Origin: a virus
Taxonomy: Duplodnaviria; Caudoviricetes
Length of the DNA: 64,000 nucleotides
Reading direction: 5' to 3' (one strand)
IMG/VR virus record: IMGVR_UViG_3300037524_000424
Coordinates: 1-64,000 of that record
Shown here piece by piece: positions 24,599 through 34,944 of this stretch (position 1 is the first letter of the stretch; every line of letters begins with the position of its first letter). A model generated the notes under the pieces. It had not been told where the DNA came from. It saw nothing but the letters and a program-made list of their open reading frames with translations, and did not search any database. The position numbers and the translations under genes were made by a program.

Positions 24599-26731
24599 AT
24601 GAGTAGTGAAAAAGGCTTTAACATCAAGAAATCGTTGGGGTTTAATGCATTAGCAACTCCCCCAGCAAATCCATCAACAGGTGAAATCTACCTTTCAACA
24701 GATGGAAATTTATACCAATTTTCCAGCGGAGCCTGGCGTAAACTAGCCGGAGGTGCTACTGCTTTCGACGTAGCCCAAACTGCTCACGCTTTCCCAGTCC
24801 TCACTGCCATCTACCACAACGGAACGACTTGGGTAGCCGCCAGAGCAGACGACCAAGATACGCTATCCACTCATATCGTAGTCGAAGTCATTGACGCTAA
24901 TAATTTCGTAGCCGCAAACTTTGGGAAATATACCGTACCACTCCACGGCAAAACAGTAGGACAATACTACTTTTTAAGTGCTGTAACTGCCGGAGCATCA
25001 TCTACCGCCGAACCAGCATCTCCTGACTTCAGTTGTCCTTTATATTACGTCCAGGATGCTGACACTATTCATGCTTTGGTTTATCGTCCGAGTAAGGTGG
25101 ATGCAGATGGATATTTGGGAGCGAATAAGTATGATACAGTTACTACTGCTGGACAAATATATTTTGACTTAGGATTTTGGGTAAACTTAGATGCTAAAAA
25201 CAGCTTTGACTTTTATTATGACGGTGTGCTGTTGAAAGAAGGCGTTGGTTTCGACTATACGTTGACGAATGTAGTGAATAACCACAGCAACCAAGTGACG
25301 TTGGCAGTAGCGGCGACAGTAGGCAAGAACGTGCAGGCGGTATATCGTGGGATTTATGAACAGATAGATTCTATGCCGAATCCAATGACGAGTGTAGGCG
25401 ATTTAATCCGCGGCGGCACATCCGGCACTCCGACTCGGTTGGGCATTGGCGCACTCGGCAGTTTGCTTAGAAGTAATGGTACAAATCCAGCTTGGGACAG
25501 TTCAATTTATGTAGCGGCGGATGGGAAAGTTGGGATTGGGACGAGTAGTCCATTATCAAAAACCAATATTGCGGATAACAGCTCTAATTTACCTCTTATG
25601 ATTAAAGGCGGTAGTGCTGGAATAGCTAATGATGGTGGAGGGATTGCTTTTTCAACAAACAATGGCAGCACCATTACATCAGCTTCACAAGCAGCTAGTG
25701 CAATTAGAAGCCTAAACTCTTACGGTAGCGAGACTAATGGAGAAGAGGCTTCGTTGGCATTTTATACAAATAAACGTACTGGAACAAATACTTATACTGG
25801 ATTAGTAGAACGTATGCGCATAGATTCGAGCGGGAATGTGGGGATAAGTGCAACAAGTCCTAGTACATTTAATCCAAATTCGACTCTAAACAGAACCCTG
25901 ACAATGCAATATTCCGATCAAGCCATTACATTGAGATCTTATTATGAGCCAGCTGTAAATCAATTTTCATTAATTAGATCTTCCAATGGAGCAAATACTG
26001 GAATTTCAGAACTCCAGTATGAAGCATTTATTCATAAATTTCTTTCTGGAACAGGAACATCTGGAACTGAACGTATGCGCATAGATTCGAGCGGGAATGT
26101 GTTGGTGGGACAAGCAAACCTATCTCCTATTACAGTAAGAGTCAATGGTTGGGCGATTAAACCCGGAGGGTCTACGGAAATAAGGGGAGCTGGCGATGTT
26201 CTATCTTTAGGATGTGCAACAACATCAGCAACAAACATACGATTTTACACTGACAACGGAAGTGCCTATGTAACAGGTGGGAACATTTCTACCAACGGTA
26301 TAACTACGTCATATAACGCCACTTCAGATTATCGTGCAAAAGAAAATATATCACCGTTAAATAGCGTGTTATCCGACATTATGCAATTAAACCCAGTAGA
26401 ATTTGACTGGAAGGTAGAATTTGCCGGAACTATTCCGCATACTACAGGATTTATTGCCCATGAATTACAAGCAATATATCCAAAATGTGTTACTGGAGAA
26501 AAAGACGCAGTTAAGGATGATGGTACGCCATTGTATCAGTCCATCGACGTTGGGAAGCTAATGCCAGAAGTAGTGAAAGCAATCCAAGAACTGAACGCAA
26601 AGCTAGACGCTAAATCCGCACTGGTCGAATCGCTGCAAACTGAGTTGAGTGACAAATCATCGCAAATTGAATCGCTGCAAACTGACATGGCTACTTTGGT
26701 AATGAGATTGGAAGCGTTGGAGCAAGCGTAA
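24599..26731 (+). CDS. tail fibre/spike with C-terminal intramolecular chaperone (peptidase S74-like)
   Basis: ERMRIDSSGNVGI repeats; TSDYRAKENI..L.PVEFDW...GFIAHEL...IDVGKL...KAIQEL plus coiled coil. Confidence 0.88.
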   Translation: MSSEKGFNIKKSLGFNALATPPANPSTGEIYLSTDGNLYQFSSGAWRKLAGGATAFDVAQTAHAFPVLTAIYHNGTTWVAARADDQDTLSTHIVVEVIDANNFVAANFGKYTVPLHGKTVGQYYFLSAVTAGASSTAEPASPDFSCPLYYVQDADTIHALVYRPSKVDADGYLGANKYDTVTTAGQIYFDLGFWVNLDAKNSFDFYYDGVLLKEGVGFDYTLTNVVNNHSNQVTLAVAATVGKNVQAVYRGIYEQIDSMPNPMTSVGDLIRGGTSGTPTRLGIGALGSLLRSNGTNPAWDSSIYVAADGKVGIGTSSPLSKTNIADNSSNLPLMIKGGSAGIANDGGGIAFSTNNGSTITSASQAASAIRSLNSYGSETNGEEASLAFYTNKRTGTNTYTGLVERMRIDSSGNVGISATSPSTFNPNSTLNRTLTMQYSDQAITLRSYYEPAVNQFSLIRSSNGANTGISELQYEAFIHKFLSGTGTSGTERMRIDSSGNVLVGQANLSPITVRVNGWAIKPGGSTEIRGAGDVLSLGCATTSATNIRFYTDNGSAYVTGGNISTNGITTSYNATSDYRAKENISPLNSVLSDIMQLNPVEFDWKVEFAGTIPHTTGFIAHELQAIYPKCVTGEKDAVKDDGTPLYQSIDVGKLMPEVVKAIQELNAKLDAKSALVESLQTELSDKSSQIESLQTDMATLVMRLEALEQA
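25808..26101 (+). repeat. 33-bp perfect direct repeat (25808-25840 and 26069-26101)
   Basis: GAACGTATGCGCATAGATTCGAGCGGGAATGTG twice. Confidence 0.9.
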
Positions 26732-26919
26732 AATATGCTGTAAACCGAGTCAATGCCCAGCGGTGAATGTCCTGTTGAGGAATATGCCGACGGAATCTGG
26801 GCTTTCAGTACCTCATGGGGTATAAAAGCGGTAGGTTTGAGGCAGATTATACCTTAGGGGGTATAGTATGATTAACTGGTGAAAAACGTGCAGTTTGTGT
26901 TAAATAATAGGAGGTCACG

Positions 26920-27318
26920 ATGAAACTAACAGTCCAGGACATCCTCACTTCAGGAGGCAAATATCCAGACCGTGCCAAGTCTCCCGAACTCACTGCCGAG
27001 CTAGAGTTTAACGCCCAAATGCTATGCGACCGCCTCAATATGCTGTTTGAAGAACTAGGGATAACATCCTGGAAGATTTCTTCAGGATTTCGTCCTCTAG
27101 CCGTCAATAAGAAAATCGGTGGAGCAACTAAGTCCGCTCATACCCAATGTCAAGCAGTCGATTTCGTAGGTCAAGACATCGGCAAAAAAGTGGCAGCACG
27201 ACCTGAATTGCTGAAAAAATATGGATTGTGGCTGGAAGATTTGAGTGCTAGTCCGACATGGACCCATTTGGATATAAAGCCTAGAAGACCTAGAGAAATA
27301 CAGATATTTAAGCCGTAA
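26920..27318 (+). CDS. endolysin, peptidase M15A family
   Basis: SSGFRP...SAHTQCQAVD...WTHLD zinc-binding motifs. Confidence 0.88.
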   Translation: MKLTVQDILTSGGKYPDRAKSPELTAELEFNAQMLCDRLNMLFEELGITSWKISSGFRPLAVNKKIGGATKSAHTQCQAVDFVGQDIGKKVAARPELLKKYGLWLEDLSASPTWTHLDIKPRRPREIQIFKP

Positions 27319-27327
27319 CATCAAGTA
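27319..27327 (+). promoter_or_regulatory. CATCAAGTA motif copy 8
   Basis: Abuts the endolysin stop. Confidence 0.7.
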
Positions 27328-27355
27328 TTAATATACCATTTATCCTGGGGGTAGT

Positions 27356-28066
27356 GTGGAAAATACAAACAAATTTTATTTGAATCGGTATGTCAGCCAA
27401 GGTGGCATATTGATTCGGGAATTTAGAGGAGTCGACTATGACTTCTTCACATCGAGAGATGACGACAAACTGCGCCTAACTGCTGAAGAATGTGGAGTTG
27501 CTAACTCTATAGTCGTCAGAGGTCGGGTACAAGGCGGAGTTAATTGGTCGAATTTAAAGACTTTAACTGGAGCCGGTTCCATTCTCGTCAACGTCAGCAC
27601 TTATGATGAAGTCCAAATCGAAGTGACTAACTTAGACGCACCAAGCGGGAGGTTTAAGCTCATAGCTTCGGGTTTTAGTATAGCTGGGGGGGACCTTCAA
27701 GTTTCCGCACCCTTCGGCGTTACCTCAGAGGGAACTACTGAATTAACCTTCACCTCAAACGACAGCACCGTAGTCATTACGACCGACGAGGATGGAGGAG
27801 TCGACTTTAGCGTAACCGCGACTAGCGGGGCAAACTTCAAGCCTGAACAAGTCAGGACTTTAGACGCAGGAGACATTAGCACAAAAGCTATAATCCTGAA
27901 TAGCATCCCAGCAAATGCCGCTATAACCCAGTTGTTTGTGGCTGGTGCCCCTATGCAAGTCTATGGTCAGGATTTTACTGTAACAGACGATGTATTAAGT
28001 TGGGATAGTTTAGGACTCGATGGTGAGTTACAAGTAGGCGATAAATTAGTAATAATGTATAATTAA
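27356..28066 (+). CDS. virion structural protein
   Basis: C-terminal GAPMQVYGQDFTV...GDKLVIMY domain also seen at the end of 28084-29319. Confidence 0.55.
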   Translation: MENTNKFYLNRYVSQGGILIREFRGVDYDFFTSRDDDKLRLTAEECGVANSIVVRGRVQGGVNWSNLKTLTGAGSILVNVSTYDEVQIEVTNLDAPSGRFKLIASGFSIAGGDLQVSAPFGVTSEGTTELTFTSNDSTVVITTDEDGGVDFSVTATSGANFKPEQVRTLDAGDISTKAIILNSIPANAAITQLFVAGAPMQVYGQDFTVTDDVLSWDSLGLDGELQVGDKLVIMYN

Positions 28067-28083
28067 CAAAACAGGAGAAAGTC

Positions 28084-29319
28084 ATGTCAAAGCAAAATGG
28101 TAAGTGGTTGGTCGATGGGTCGGTTGTACTCGACAAATTAAGCGCACTAGTACAAGCTGAAATTAACGATGTAGTGAATAAACTCGATGCGTCAGAAGTA
28201 GGCGTTAGTGTGGCTTCGTTAGTAGCCGGTAAAGTTCCAGTAGCACAACTTCCTAATGCTATTATGGAATACCAAGGTACTTGGAATGCTTCTACTAATA
28301 GTCCAACTTTAGCTAATGGTGCCGGTAACGCTGACGAAGCAATCGGTAACGTATACCGTGTAAGCGCAGCTGGCAGCGTAGACTTTGGTGCTGGTGCTAT
28401 CAGTTTTGAAGTAGGAGACTATGTTATCCTAAACTCTTCTAAAGTATTTGAAAAAGCTGATATGTCTGATGGAGTAGTTAGTGTTAATAGTCAAACTGGG
28501 GTAGTGGTTTTAGATGCTGATGATATTGACGATTCTGCTACCACCAATAAATTTGCTACCCAAGCACAATTAGATAAAGTTGACTTTTTGACTGTAACGG
28601 GTGCAGTAGACTTAGATCAGTTAGCCGCAGATTCTCACACTCACTCAAACAAAGCAATCTTAGATGCTACCACAGCATCATTTCTTGAATCACATGAAGA
28701 TAAGTTGGATTTCATTACTGTTACCCAAGCAGTAGATTTGGACGACATGGAGTCAGACATTGCAGATAATGCTTCTGCTATCTCTAATCACTTATCAGAT
28801 GCTTCCGATGCTCACGATGCTTCTGCTATCTCTTATGTTAATACAACTTCAGGACTAACTGCTACTGACGCTCAAGCCGCTATTGACGAAGTTGAAGGTC
28901 GTTTGGATACTGCTGAATCCAGTCTTTCTGGACACTTAAACGGTGGAGCCAATAAACACGACGCTTCTGAAATTGACGTAGAAGGAGCCAGCTATAACTA
29001 CGTTTCTGCTGGAGACTTAGAGTCTGCTATCGAAGACTTGGATGCTCAAGTTAAGGTAAATGCTGATGCCATTGCTGCCATCACTGACCCGACTTGGGTA
29101 GTTCAAGAGTTTGTATTGGTGTCTCAGGATATTACAAATGAATATGTCACACTATCTAATGCTCCAATTGCCGCTTCTGTTTTAGTATATCCAGATGGCG
29201 CACCACTCCAACGAGCTTCTGTGGATTATAGTATTGTTGGAACACAGCTTAATTTTCTCGGAGATTTACTAGCCCTACTAGAAGCTGGTGACGTACTTAT
29301 TGTTAAATATCAGTATTAA
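28084..29319 (+). CDS. tail fibre-like structural protein
   Basis: YQGTWNASTNSP, VVSVNSQTGVVVL and HDASAISY..AQAAIDE fibre motifs. Confidence 0.7.
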   Translation: MSKQNGKWLVDGSVVLDKLSALVQAEINDVVNKLDASEVGVSVASLVAGKVPVAQLPNAIMEYQGTWNASTNSPTLANGAGNADEAIGNVYRVSAAGSVDFGAGAISFEVGDYVILNSSKVFEKADMSDGVVSVNSQTGVVVLDADDIDDSATTNKFATQAQLDKVDFLTVTGAVDLDQLAADSHTHSNKAILDATTASFLESHEDKLDFITVTQAVDLDDMESDIADNASAISNHLSDASDAHDASAISYVNTTSGLTATDAQAAIDEVEGRLDTAESSLSGHLNGGANKHDASEIDVEGASYNYVSAGDLESAIEDLDAQVKVNADAIAAITDPTWVVQEFVLVSQDITNEYVTLSNAPIAASVLVYPDGAPLQRASVDYSIVGTQLNFLGDLLALLEAGDVLIVKYQY

Positions 29320-29325
29320 TGCTAA

Positions 29326-29349
29326 TGCCCCAGCTTAAACTCTGGGGCA
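29326..29349 (+). terminator. hairpin (possible terminator, no U-tract)
   Basis: TGCCCCAG-CTTAAACT-CTGGGGCA just before motif copy 9. Confidence 0.4.
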
Positions 29350-29350
29350 C

Positions 29351-29359
29351 CATCAAGTA
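29351..29359 (+). promoter_or_regulatory. CATCAAGTA motif copy 9
   Basis: Followed by TACTATATAAT. Confidence 0.7.
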
Positions 29360-29388
29360 TACTATATAATCCAAATTGGAGAAATCAC

Positions 29389-29712
29389 ATGAAAGAAAAG
29401 TTTAAAGAGTTACTCCTGAAGAAAAAAGCTGAAGGAAAGACTTTAAATCCTGAGCAAGCCGAAATGAAGATGAAACTCCTGGAAGAGTTGATGGGTATTG
29501 CTGAAGAAGGTATGGGAGAAAAACTGAAAGGGATGCAGAAAGTAACTGTAGCCGCCCCCAATAAAGAAGGTCTTGAAAAAGGACTTGAAAAAGCTCAGGA
29601 AGTAATCGAAGGTTCTGAGGAAATGGAAGAAGAGAGCGAAGACGAAGAGTCTCCTGAAGCTAAAATCGCTGCTCTTGAAGCTAAGTTGGCGGAATTAAAA
29701 GCTAATAAATAA
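29389..29712 (+). CDS. acidic hypothetical protein
   Basis: GGAG RBS; Glu-rich. Confidence 0.65.
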   Translation: MKEKFKELLLKKKAEGKTLNPEQAEMKMKLLEELMGIAEEGMGEKLKGMQKVTVAAPNKEGLEKGLEKAQEVIEGSEEMEEESEDEESPEAKIAALEAKLAELKANK

Positions 29713-29723
29713 TCGAGGCGGTC

Positions 29724-30692
29724 ATGGCTAACAAGACCTATATGACCTCATCGGACTTGCTGTCTAGCGTCAAAAGAAGAGGAAACATCCCAGATACTCA
29801 GGATATGATCACCGATGATGAAATCCTGGAGTTTGCCAACGAAGAGATGTTACTTAACCTCATCCCACTTATCTATAGCAAGCATGAGGGATACTATCTA
29901 AGAAGCACGGAGATACCCCTAGAAAGCGGCGTAACCCGCTACCCTATACCTTATCGAGGGATTGGGGCTAAAGTGCGTGAAATCCACTATAAAAGCGTTG
30001 CAGGAGAGGTCTCTGAGATGTTCGGCATTTCAGTAGATGACCTTGGTTCTGGTGTATCATCTGGTAATGAATCCGATTCAGTATTCAACTATCACTTTGA
30101 AGGCGAAGAGATAGTCCTATTTACCAATAAAAATGCAAACTTAACCGGCTATTTAGTCGTTTTCTACTTCTTACGACCCAATGCGTTAGTTAAGTCAGAA
30201 AGAGTAGGGATAATCCAGAACATAATTAACGACGTTACTCCTGGCTATAAACAAATCTACTTGACTTCATTCCCTGATGCTTTCTTAAACGGTGGCGAAA
30301 TTGACTTTATTAAGACTAAGTCGCCTCACCGGGTAGTCGACTATGACATTCCCCTATTTAGCATAAATTCCAACAATAAGTATATAGTAGTTGCAGAATC
30401 AAATATCCCCTCGTCTATCGGTATAGGAGATAGAGTAGCACTAGCCGGAGAAACCGACATAGTGAACGCTCCTAGTGATATGCACGTTCTTTTAGCCCAA
30501 TATACAGTAGAAAGAGTATTAGAGGCGATTGGAGATAGCGAGGGGCTTAGAAATGCTTCTGCCAAGTCTGCTAAGATGGAACAAAACGCTAACACTATAC
30601 TTGCCAATCGTAACATTGGTAGTCCAACAAAAGTCAGAGTTCGTAACGGAACCATAGGAAATGCTTCAAGACGTAATCGCTGGAGGAGTTAA
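29724..30692 (+). CDS. head-tail adaptor / tail tubular protein A-like
   Basis: LLSSVKRRGNIPD...EILEFANEE N-terminus; position before the nozzle. Confidence 0.65.
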   Translation: MANKTYMTSSDLLSSVKRRGNIPDTQDMITDDEILEFANEEMLLNLIPLIYSKHEGYYLRSTEIPLESGVTRYPIPYRGIGAKVREIHYKSVAGEVSEMFGISVDDLGSGVSSGNESDSVFNYHFEGEEIVLFTNKNANLTGYLVVFYFLRPNALVKSERVGIIQNIINDVTPGYKQIYLTSFPDAFLNGGEIDFIKTKSPHRVVDYDIPLFSINSNNKYIVVAESNIPSSIGIGDRVALAGETDIVNAPSDMHVLLAQYTVERVLEAIGDSEGLRNASAKSAKMEQNANTILANRNIGSPTKVRVRNGTIGNASRRNRWRS

Positions 30693-33600
30693 TGGCACAG
30701 AAATATGTAAACCGTGCTGCGGGACTCCACACCTTCAAGAATGAGCTGACCTCTCCTGACGGCGCACAAATCATAGCCGACAACGTAGTCATTGACCGAG
30801 ATAACACCATTGAATCCAGAAGAGGATTTAAGCAGTTTTTACCTTTTGGACTGCAAGATGATCGGGCTAAACAACTTCTTCAGTATAAAGACCGTCTTAT
30901 TACCCACTATGACGACCGATTGATATTTGAAAATCCTGGATTTGGTTTTGATGCTTTTAGTGGCAGCTATACCGAAACCGAGGCAGGACTTAGAATTAAG
31001 TCTGTCGAGGCGAACGGTAACTTATATGTTACAACTAGCGACGGAATTAAGAAGATAGCGGCTAGGACGGGTAACGACCTTAGCAGCCTTCCTGGATTTA
31101 TTATCGACGCTGGTGCCTATCGAGGCATCGACTTTACTGCTTTACCCAACTATAGCGAAAACGGTTTCTTTACACCAAATTCTAACGTCGCTTATCGTAT
31201 CGTTTGGGGCTATAACGACATCAATGACAACTTGGTATTGGGGTATCCTAGCGAGATAGTTTCTACCCAGAATGTTGATTTGAAAGAATCTTGCGTGGTA
31301 GATTTGAAGATAAGTATTCCGTCGCAGATCATAAGCAGTGGCAATGCTCAGAACTACTTCTATCAAGTTTACAGGTCTAACATAAAAACTCCTTATGATG
31401 CCGGAATTGATGTCGAGTTTAGATTAGTAGACGAAAACTTTCTAACTCAGGATAACTTAGATGATGGATTTGTCGACTATACAGACAACACCCCTGGAAC
31501 ATTCAGAGATGCTGGTCCTAACCTCTATACCAACGAAATCTCTGGTGAAGGAAACGCCCAAGCAAACGCACAACCTCCGTTCGCTAAGGATGTTTGTTTA
31601 TTTCGGGGGTCAGTCTTTTATGCCAACACTAAGACTCGACATACTCAAACTACTAATTTAATTGCTCCAGATAATTTTATAAGCGGACAAACTAAGTTTT
31701 ATATAGCATCAGAAAATCAAGTTGAGGAATATACTTTTCGTGGGGTACAACAAGTTTCTACCATAAACTTTACTGGATATAGTCCTTTACCTAATCCAGA
31801 CTATGTTAATAATTTAGACGGAAAATACTTCCTCTTAAATGTCGCTAATAATATCCGAAAATACTTCGTATGGTTTGATAACGTCGGCTCTAATGAAAAG
31901 CACGAACTAGACTTTGGGGTATCAGTTCCTACCGAAGGGTCGTTTACACTAACTATATTAGGTAATACTACCAGAGCAATCCCGTATACTGTTACTGCTT
32001 CTGAATTAAAAGACTTTATTGAAGAACTTCCTAACGTCGACTATGTTGATGTTACAGGGTCGATAGATCCAGATTTAAGTTTCACAATCGAGTATGGTGG
32101 GTCACTAGCGCAAACCTCGGTTCCATTGGTTTATCCTGTTAGTAATTTATTAGTCGGTGCTGCACCATTAACTATTACTGCATCTGTTGCTACTGCGGCA
32201 AGTGACGTTACACCCTCAACATCGGAAACCGTAGGAAGACTTCCAATTAGAATAGATATAAAAGGATTTACTACTAAAACAGAAGTCATTAATAAGATTA
32301 ATTCGGTATTTTTGGAACCCCAATATGCAATCGATTTTAATCTAGGAGTTGCTGGGGATATTATTACAATTACCAATGAAGAAGCGGGTTCTGCCGATGT
32401 AATAAAAAACTCAGGACCTATATCTATTACAATACCAGATGCTCAACCTTTACCTAACACTATAGTTTTTGCTACTCCGACACCAGGACTTGGTGAAGAT
32501 ACTTCTGGATTTTTTCTTTTATCAAAAGACCCATCATCTGGCGTTCGGCTAGAACAAACCACTAAAAGTATGGTTAGGATTATTAACTCCAATCTAACCA
32601 GTAAGGTAAACGCTTTTTATACATCAATCGGAACTGATCTTCCTGGACAAATATCTTTACAAGCAAAAACTACCGAAGATAGTCCATTCTATCTAGCAGC
32701 CAATGAATTTGGGGACGACTATAATCCTTCCTTAGTTACGACTGTAACTCCTCTCGCCAGCACTACTGACTTTGACGACAAAACTCTAACTGTTACCTGG
32801 ACAGGACACGGAATGACTGTTGGTACAAAGGTAGTATTATTTAATCCAGCAGGAGGACTAGTAGCTGAACCAATCAACGGAGTATATAGTATAAGTGCTG
32901 TAAATAGTGCAAATGAATTTGTAGTGGCATTTCCTGCCGTTATAGCCGACGCTACAGGGACTTTAACTGGATTTAAAACTACCAAAGCATCTTCTAACGA
33001 AGAAAAACCAAACCGAGTCTATTTCAGCAAGACCGACATTCCTGAGGCAGTCCCTCTATTGAACTTCTTTGACGTAGGGTCTAAGGACTCTGAGATTAAA
33101 CGAATCATCCCGCTCAGAGACTCGCTATTCGTCCTAAAAACCGAAGGGATTTATCGTCTGTCAGGAAGCAATCCTGCAAACTTTAGCGTTTCTTTATTTG
33201 ACTCCTCCAGCCCGATATTGGCACCAGATAGTGCTGCCGTTTTGAACAACCAGATTTACATCCTATCCACTCAAGGGATAGTTGCCATTGGTGATGGTGG
33301 TGTAGATATTATGTCCAGAAATATTGAAAGTGACATCATTCAACCAACCTCGAACAACTTTCCCGACTTTTCCACTCAATCGTTTGGGATAGCGTCTGAA
33401 ACCGACCGAGCGTATATCATCTTTTTACCCACCAAGACAGACGATGAAGTGGCTACCCAGGCATTTCGGTTTAACATCTTTACCCGAGCGTGGACTCGAT
33501 GGGTAATGTCCAAAACTTGCGGCATAGTCAAGAAGTCAGACGACCGAATCTACTTTGGGGCAGCAGACATAAATTATATCGAGCAAGAAAGAAAAGAGTT

Positions 33601-34510
33601 TTTAAGGACTGACTATGCAGACCGTCAGTATGATAAGTATATAGCTGGATCAGTGAACGGACTTAATTTGTTAGTAAATAGTGTTACCAATATCCAAGAA
33701 TTTGATGTCATTTATCAGGAACAATATATAACAATCTCTCGTTTTAATCGTATGTTACAAGCGTTAGATTTGGATTATTTCTTAGACGATGAAGATTATT
33801 ATTCTACTCTAGGAGCCACCTCAGGGTCAAATCTCGGGAATCTTTTAAGTGAACTAATATCCAAGGTTAATGCTGACGATGACGGGAAAGTGTCACCATA
33901 TACACCATATTTGGGTAGTGTTGATAAAGATGACATTCGTGATGGATTTAACCTTTTCGTAAACGAACTTAATAGTTCCGCCGGGATATTTAATAAATCC
34001 TATGTGCAGTATGATACTTTAGTGCGTTATGAAGGTGCCATAACTAAAGTAAATAAGTTTACATCAACCATCATGATTCAGGATGAAATTCCTTTCGTAG
34101 TGGGTGACTGTATAGTTTTCAGCTATATTGATGCCTTCATAGAGTATAGTCCTGACACTATTGGAGATGCGTCTTTAGGTAAGCATTTCAGTCAAGCGAG
34201 TTTATTGTTCGACCAGTTCAACTTCACCTTCGGAACTTTCGGATTCAGAAGTGACCTTTATGCTAGTCGACAAGAAGTCCTGTTTCCTGGTGACGGAAAT
34301 GGCGACTATGGAGTTCAAGTTTACGGTGAGGAGATATACGGCGGGCTATCCAACGAACGATCTTTCAGGACTTATGTGCCTCGGAACTATCAACGAGGCA
34401 AGTATTTGACCTTGTCATTTAGGCATTTACTCGCCAGGGAGAACTTTCAGCTGGTAGGGTATTCAATTACGCATGAAGGAAGTCCAGAGAAACGATTTTA
34501 CAAGAGGTAG
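30692..34510 (+). CDS. tail nozzle / tail tubular protein B-like with inserted domains
   Basis: N- and C-terminal propeller-like halves (NRVYFSK...PEAVP, IIPLRDSLFVLK), large central insertion. Confidence 0.75.
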   Translation: MAQKYVNRAAGLHTFKNELTSPDGAQIIADNVVIDRDNTIESRRGFKQFLPFGLQDDRAKQLLQYKDRLITHYDDRLIFENPGFGFDAFSGSYTETEAGLRIKSVEANGNLYVTTSDGIKKIAARTGNDLSSLPGFIIDAGAYRGIDFTALPNYSENGFFTPNSNVAYRIVWGYNDINDNLVLGYPSEIVSTQNVDLKESCVVDLKISIPSQIISSGNAQNYFYQVYRSNIKTPYDAGIDVEFRLVDENFLTQDNLDDGFVDYTDNTPGTFRDAGPNLYTNEISGEGNAQANAQPPFAKDVCLFRGSVFYANTKTRHTQTTNLIAPDNFISGQTKFYIASENQVEEYTFRGVQQVSTINFTGYSPLPNPDYVNNLDGKYFLLNVANNIRKYFVWFDNVGSNEKHELDFGVSVPTEGSFTLTILGNTTRAIPYTVTASELKDFIEELPNVDYVDVTGSIDPDLSFTIEYGGSLAQTSVPLVYPVSNLLVGAAPLTITASVATAASDVTPSTSETVGRLPIRIDIKGFTTKTEVINKINSVFLEPQYAIDFNLGVAGDIITITNEEAGSADVIKNSGPISITIPDAQPLPNTIVFATPTPGLGEDTSGFFLLSKDPSSGVRLEQTTKSMVRIINSNLTSKVNAFYTSIGTDLPGQISLQAKTTEDSPFYLAANEFGDDYNPSLVTTVTPLASTTDFDDKTLTVTWTGHGMTVGTKVVLFNPAGGLVAEPINGVYSISAVNSANEFVVAFPAVIADATGTLTGFKTTKASSNEEKPNRVYFSKTDIPEAVPLLNFFDVGSKDSEIKRIIPLRDSLFVLKTEGIYRLSGSNPANFSVSLFDSSSPILAPDSAAVLNNQIYILSTQGIVAIGDGGVDIMSRNIESDIIQPTSNNFPDFSTQSFGIASETDRAYIIFLPTKTDDEVATQAFRFNIFTRAWTRWVMSKTCGIVKKSDDRIYFGAADINYIEQERKEFLRTDYADRQYDKYIAGSVNGLNLLVNSVTNIQEFDVIYQEQYITISRFNRMLQALDLDYFLDDEDYYSTLGATSGSNLGNLLSELISKVNADDDGKVSPYTPYLGSVDKDDIRDGFNLFVNELNSSAGIFNKSYVQYDTLVRYEGAITKVNKFTSTIMIQDEIPFVVGDCIVFSYIDAFIEYSPDTIGDASLGKHFSQASLLFDQFNFTFGTFGFRSDLYASRQEVLFPGDGNGDYGVQVYGEEIYGGLSNERSFRTYVPRNYQRGKYLTLSFRHLLARENFQLVGYSITHEGSPEKRFYKR

Positions 34511-34515
34511 TCTAA

Positions 34516-34917
34516 ATGATAGTTGAAACTCCTAAACGTATCCTAACTGGCGATTTTGAGGAAGAAGATAAGGCATTAGCTGACCGTCTGGGGGGTATAT
34601 TAAACTCCTTTTTGGAGCAAATGCACCACCTTACACAGAAAAGTATAAATATCCAGGATAATCTTAATCAGTTTGTTAGGTCTGTAACTGTAACCGTTGA
34701 CGCTGCCGGAGTGCCCACGACTACGATAGGATTTCAGAATACTCTCAAGAGTCGGGTAAGCGGAACTCAAGTAATCCGAGCATTTGGAGATTCTGGAGTG
34801 GTTTCTCAGCCGTTTATAAGTTATACCGAAAGCAATGGGAATATTACTATAACGCAGATAGTCGGGCTAAGACCTAATGTTTCTTATAATTTAGTAGTCC
34901 TGGTTATAGGCGACTAG
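34516..34917 (+). CDS. tail-associated protein
   Basis: Follows the nozzle; coiled-coil N-terminus then beta domain. Confidence 0.5.
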   Translation: MIVETPKRILTGDFEEEDKALADRLGGILNSFLEQMHHLTQKSINIQDNLNQFVRSVTVTVDAAGVPTTTIGFQNTLKSRVSGTQVIRAFGDSGVVSQPFISYTESNGNITITQIVGLRPNVSYNLVVLVIGD

Positions 34918-34926
34918 CATCAAGTA
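34918..34926 (+). promoter_or_regulatory. CATCAAGTA motif copy 10
   Basis: Abuts the stop; followed by TAAGTATAGG; precedes the ejection genes. Confidence 0.7.
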
Positions 34927-34944
34927 TAAGTATAGGAGATAGAT

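Noticed and set aside
20840-26731. Diversity-generating retroelement or invertible tail-fibre cassette
   Set aside because: No reverse transcriptase or recombinase, no adenine-specific TR/VR pair and no inverted repeats seen.
32573-32583. 11-nt exact match to the dead-TnpB guide (GTTAGGATTAT)
   Set aside because: Mid-CDS, 5' flank GTATG unlike common TAMs, and a match of this length is not far from chance in AT-rich DNA.
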